A DNA stretch of 41,905 nt, taken from positions 1-41,905 of the forward strand of contig JAPLTI010000215.1 in NCBI GenBank assembly GCA_026398285.1, given 5' to 3'. Positions 40,670-41,905 of this stretch are shown here, one piece after another; position 1 is the stretch's first letter, and each line of letters opens with the position of its first letter. Made by a program: the position numbers and the translations under genes. The stretch comes from Verrucomicrobiota bacterium. Lineage in GTDB: Bacteria; Verrucomicrobiota; Verrucomicrobiia; Chthoniobacterales; Terrimicrobiaceae. Under the pieces are notes generated by a model. The model was not told where the DNA came from. It did not search any database and saw only the letters and a program-made list of their open reading frames with translations.

Positions 40670-41905
40670 GTGAGGAGCTGCACGTTTTCTGCAGAGAGAG
40701 GGTCATGGGGCGGGTGATCCGCGATCCTCGCCGAAACAAATTGGTGTTTCGTTACGAGCAGACTTGGCAGTCGGATCCTGGTTCTTTTCCCCTGTCGCTC
40801 TCGATGCCGTTGACTGCAGTGGAACATCCCCATGATGTCATCGAGTCGTTTCTTTGGGGGCTGCTTCCCGACAATGACGGGGTTTTGAGGCGCTGGGGAA
40901 GCAAGTTTCAGGTTTCCTCAAAGAATGCCTTCGCCCTTCTCTCCCATGTCGGGGAGGATTGCGCGGGAGGAATTCAGTTTGTGCGGAGTGAAAAAATCGA
41001 TAACTGGATCGCAGATCCACCTCTTGGGAAGGTTGATTGGCTCAAGAGCGCCGAGGTGGACGAACGCATGGCCCTGCTCCTGCGAGACCATGCGGCCACG
41101 CGATCCGGTTCCGACTCGGGACAATTCAGTCTGGCTGGAGCCCAGCCGAAAATCGCCTTGTTCCGCGACGAAGAGAGGGGGCGATGGGGTGTCCCATCCG
41201 GCTACATGCCCACCACGCACATCTTGAAGCCGGCTACCGGCGCATTCGATGGCCTCGCGGAAAATGAACACTTCTGTTTACGTCTGGCGAAGGAATGCGG
41301 CTTTTCCACAGCGACATCCACGGTGGAATACTTTAGCGAATCCCCAGTGATCGTCGTGGAGCGGTATGACCGCTTGCGTCGGGATGGAAGCGTCTTTCGC
41401 ATCCATCAGGAGGATTTCTGTCAGGCACTAGGACGTGCTCCGCAGCAGAAATATCAAAATGAGGGAGGGCCGTCGGCCTCCGAAATCGTAAACCTGATCC
41501 GACAGTATTCGTCCAATCACGCCGAGGACGAACAGCGCTTCATCGATGCCTTGATCCTCGGATGGCTCATCGGGGCAACCGATGCCCACGCTAAGAATTT
41601 CTCGGTATTGATCGCTGCCGGTGCTCAGGTCCGCCTTGCGCCTCTGTATGATATTTCCAGTGCGCTTCCCTATCCCAAGCAGGTTGATCTACGGAGGGCG
41701 AACCTTGCGATGAGGATTGGTGGCACTTACCGATTGAGGGAAATCGGGAAACGGAACTGGGAGAAGTTTGCTGTCGAAAACAAAATCAGCCCCAAAATGC
41801 TCCATGATCGCGTAGAGCATCTCATGGATGTGATGCCCCAAAAGTGCAGCGCAGTCGCAGACACTCTGGCGAGGGAAGGAATAACTCACGCAATCGTCGA
41901 ACTTC
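40666..41905 (+). CDS. hipA: HipA-family serine/threonine kinase toxin; the 3' end is cut by the window edge (413 aa visible)
   Basis: Absent from the ORF track because it runs off the window. Hand translation from the ATG at 40666 gives MSEELHVFCRERVMGRVIRDP...LSLSMPL...FLWGLLPDNDGVLRRW...GEDCAGGIQF...FSLAGAQPKIAL...THILKP...ENEHFCLRLAKECG...VVERYDR...IHQEDFCQALG...KYQNEGGPS...GATDAHAKNFSVL...LAPLYDISS. All HipA N-terminal, coupling and kinase motifs are present and there are no stops. Confidence 0.9.
   Translation, partial: MSEELHVFCRERVMGRVIRDPRRNKLVFRYEQTWQSDPGSFPLSLSMPLTAVEHPHDVIESFLWGLLPDNDGVLRRWGSKFQVSSKNAFALLSHVGEDCAGGIQFVRSEKIDNWIADPPLGKVDWLKSAEVDERMALLLRDHAATRSGSDSGQFSLAGAQPKIALFRDEERGRWGVPSGYMPTTHILKPATGAFDGLAENEHFCLRLAKECGFSTATSTVEYFSESPVIVVERYDRLRRDGSVFRIHQEDFCQALGRAPQQKYQNEGGPSASEIVNLIRQYSSNHAEDEQRFIDALILGWLIGATDAHAKNFSVLIAAGAQVRLAPLYDISSALPYPKQVDLRRANLAMRIGGTYRLREIGKRNWEKFAVENKISPKMLHDRVEHLMDVMPQKCSAVADTLAREGITHAIVEL

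Overview
The window looks like chromosomal DNA from a Verrucomicrobiota-type bacterium. This is inferred from a PEP-CTERM-anchored giant beta-strand-repeat protein, a prepilin-like 'GFSL(V/I)E' cassette with a roughly 1,240-aa partner, and a dense set of sulfatase, esterase and fucosidase genes. Layout from left to right: (i) 1-3.0 kb holds small sugar-acid and deoxy-sugar catabolism genes (RraA-like, IclR regulator, L-rhamnose mutarotase, MaoC hotdog) plus a decayed RhaT-like transporter remnant. (ii) 3.0-14.6 kb is a long minus-strand operon: S1 sulfatase, a two-domain alpha/beta-hydrolase esterase, and two collinear paralogous secreted proteins of about 1,170-1,200 aa and unknown family flanking an SGNH esterase. 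(iii) 15.2-23.1 kb holds a LamG-like secreted protein, a LacI regulator, and a translationally coupled four-gene cassette of three pseudopilin-like proteins plus a giant PilX/GspK-like protein. This cassette is my best candidate for a poorly understood system. (iv) 23.1-29.9 kb is a minus-strand operon: SGNH esterase, sialate-O-acetylesterase-like protein, a membrane-anchored unknown, an FAD oxidoreductase with a discoidin-like tail, and a GH43/GH117-like propeller. (v) 30.0-32.8 kb holds a GH29 alpha-L-fucosidase and a GPH-family symporter. (vi) 32.9-37.6 kb is a frameshift-split PEP-CTERM repeat giant containing a 411-bp tandem duplication. (vii) 37.6-41.9 kb is a decayed accessory patch with an IS-like remnant, truncated AlbA_2/ATPase and ankyrin genes, an excisionase-like HTH protein, an iteron-like triple repeat and hipBA. 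I saw no rRNA, tRNA or CRISPR array. A conserved promoter-like element (TTGnnn-N14-16-TTACAY with a conserved A-rich GTA..TA spacer) recurs six times in front of operons. All functional calls come from motif recognition by eye. No database search was run.
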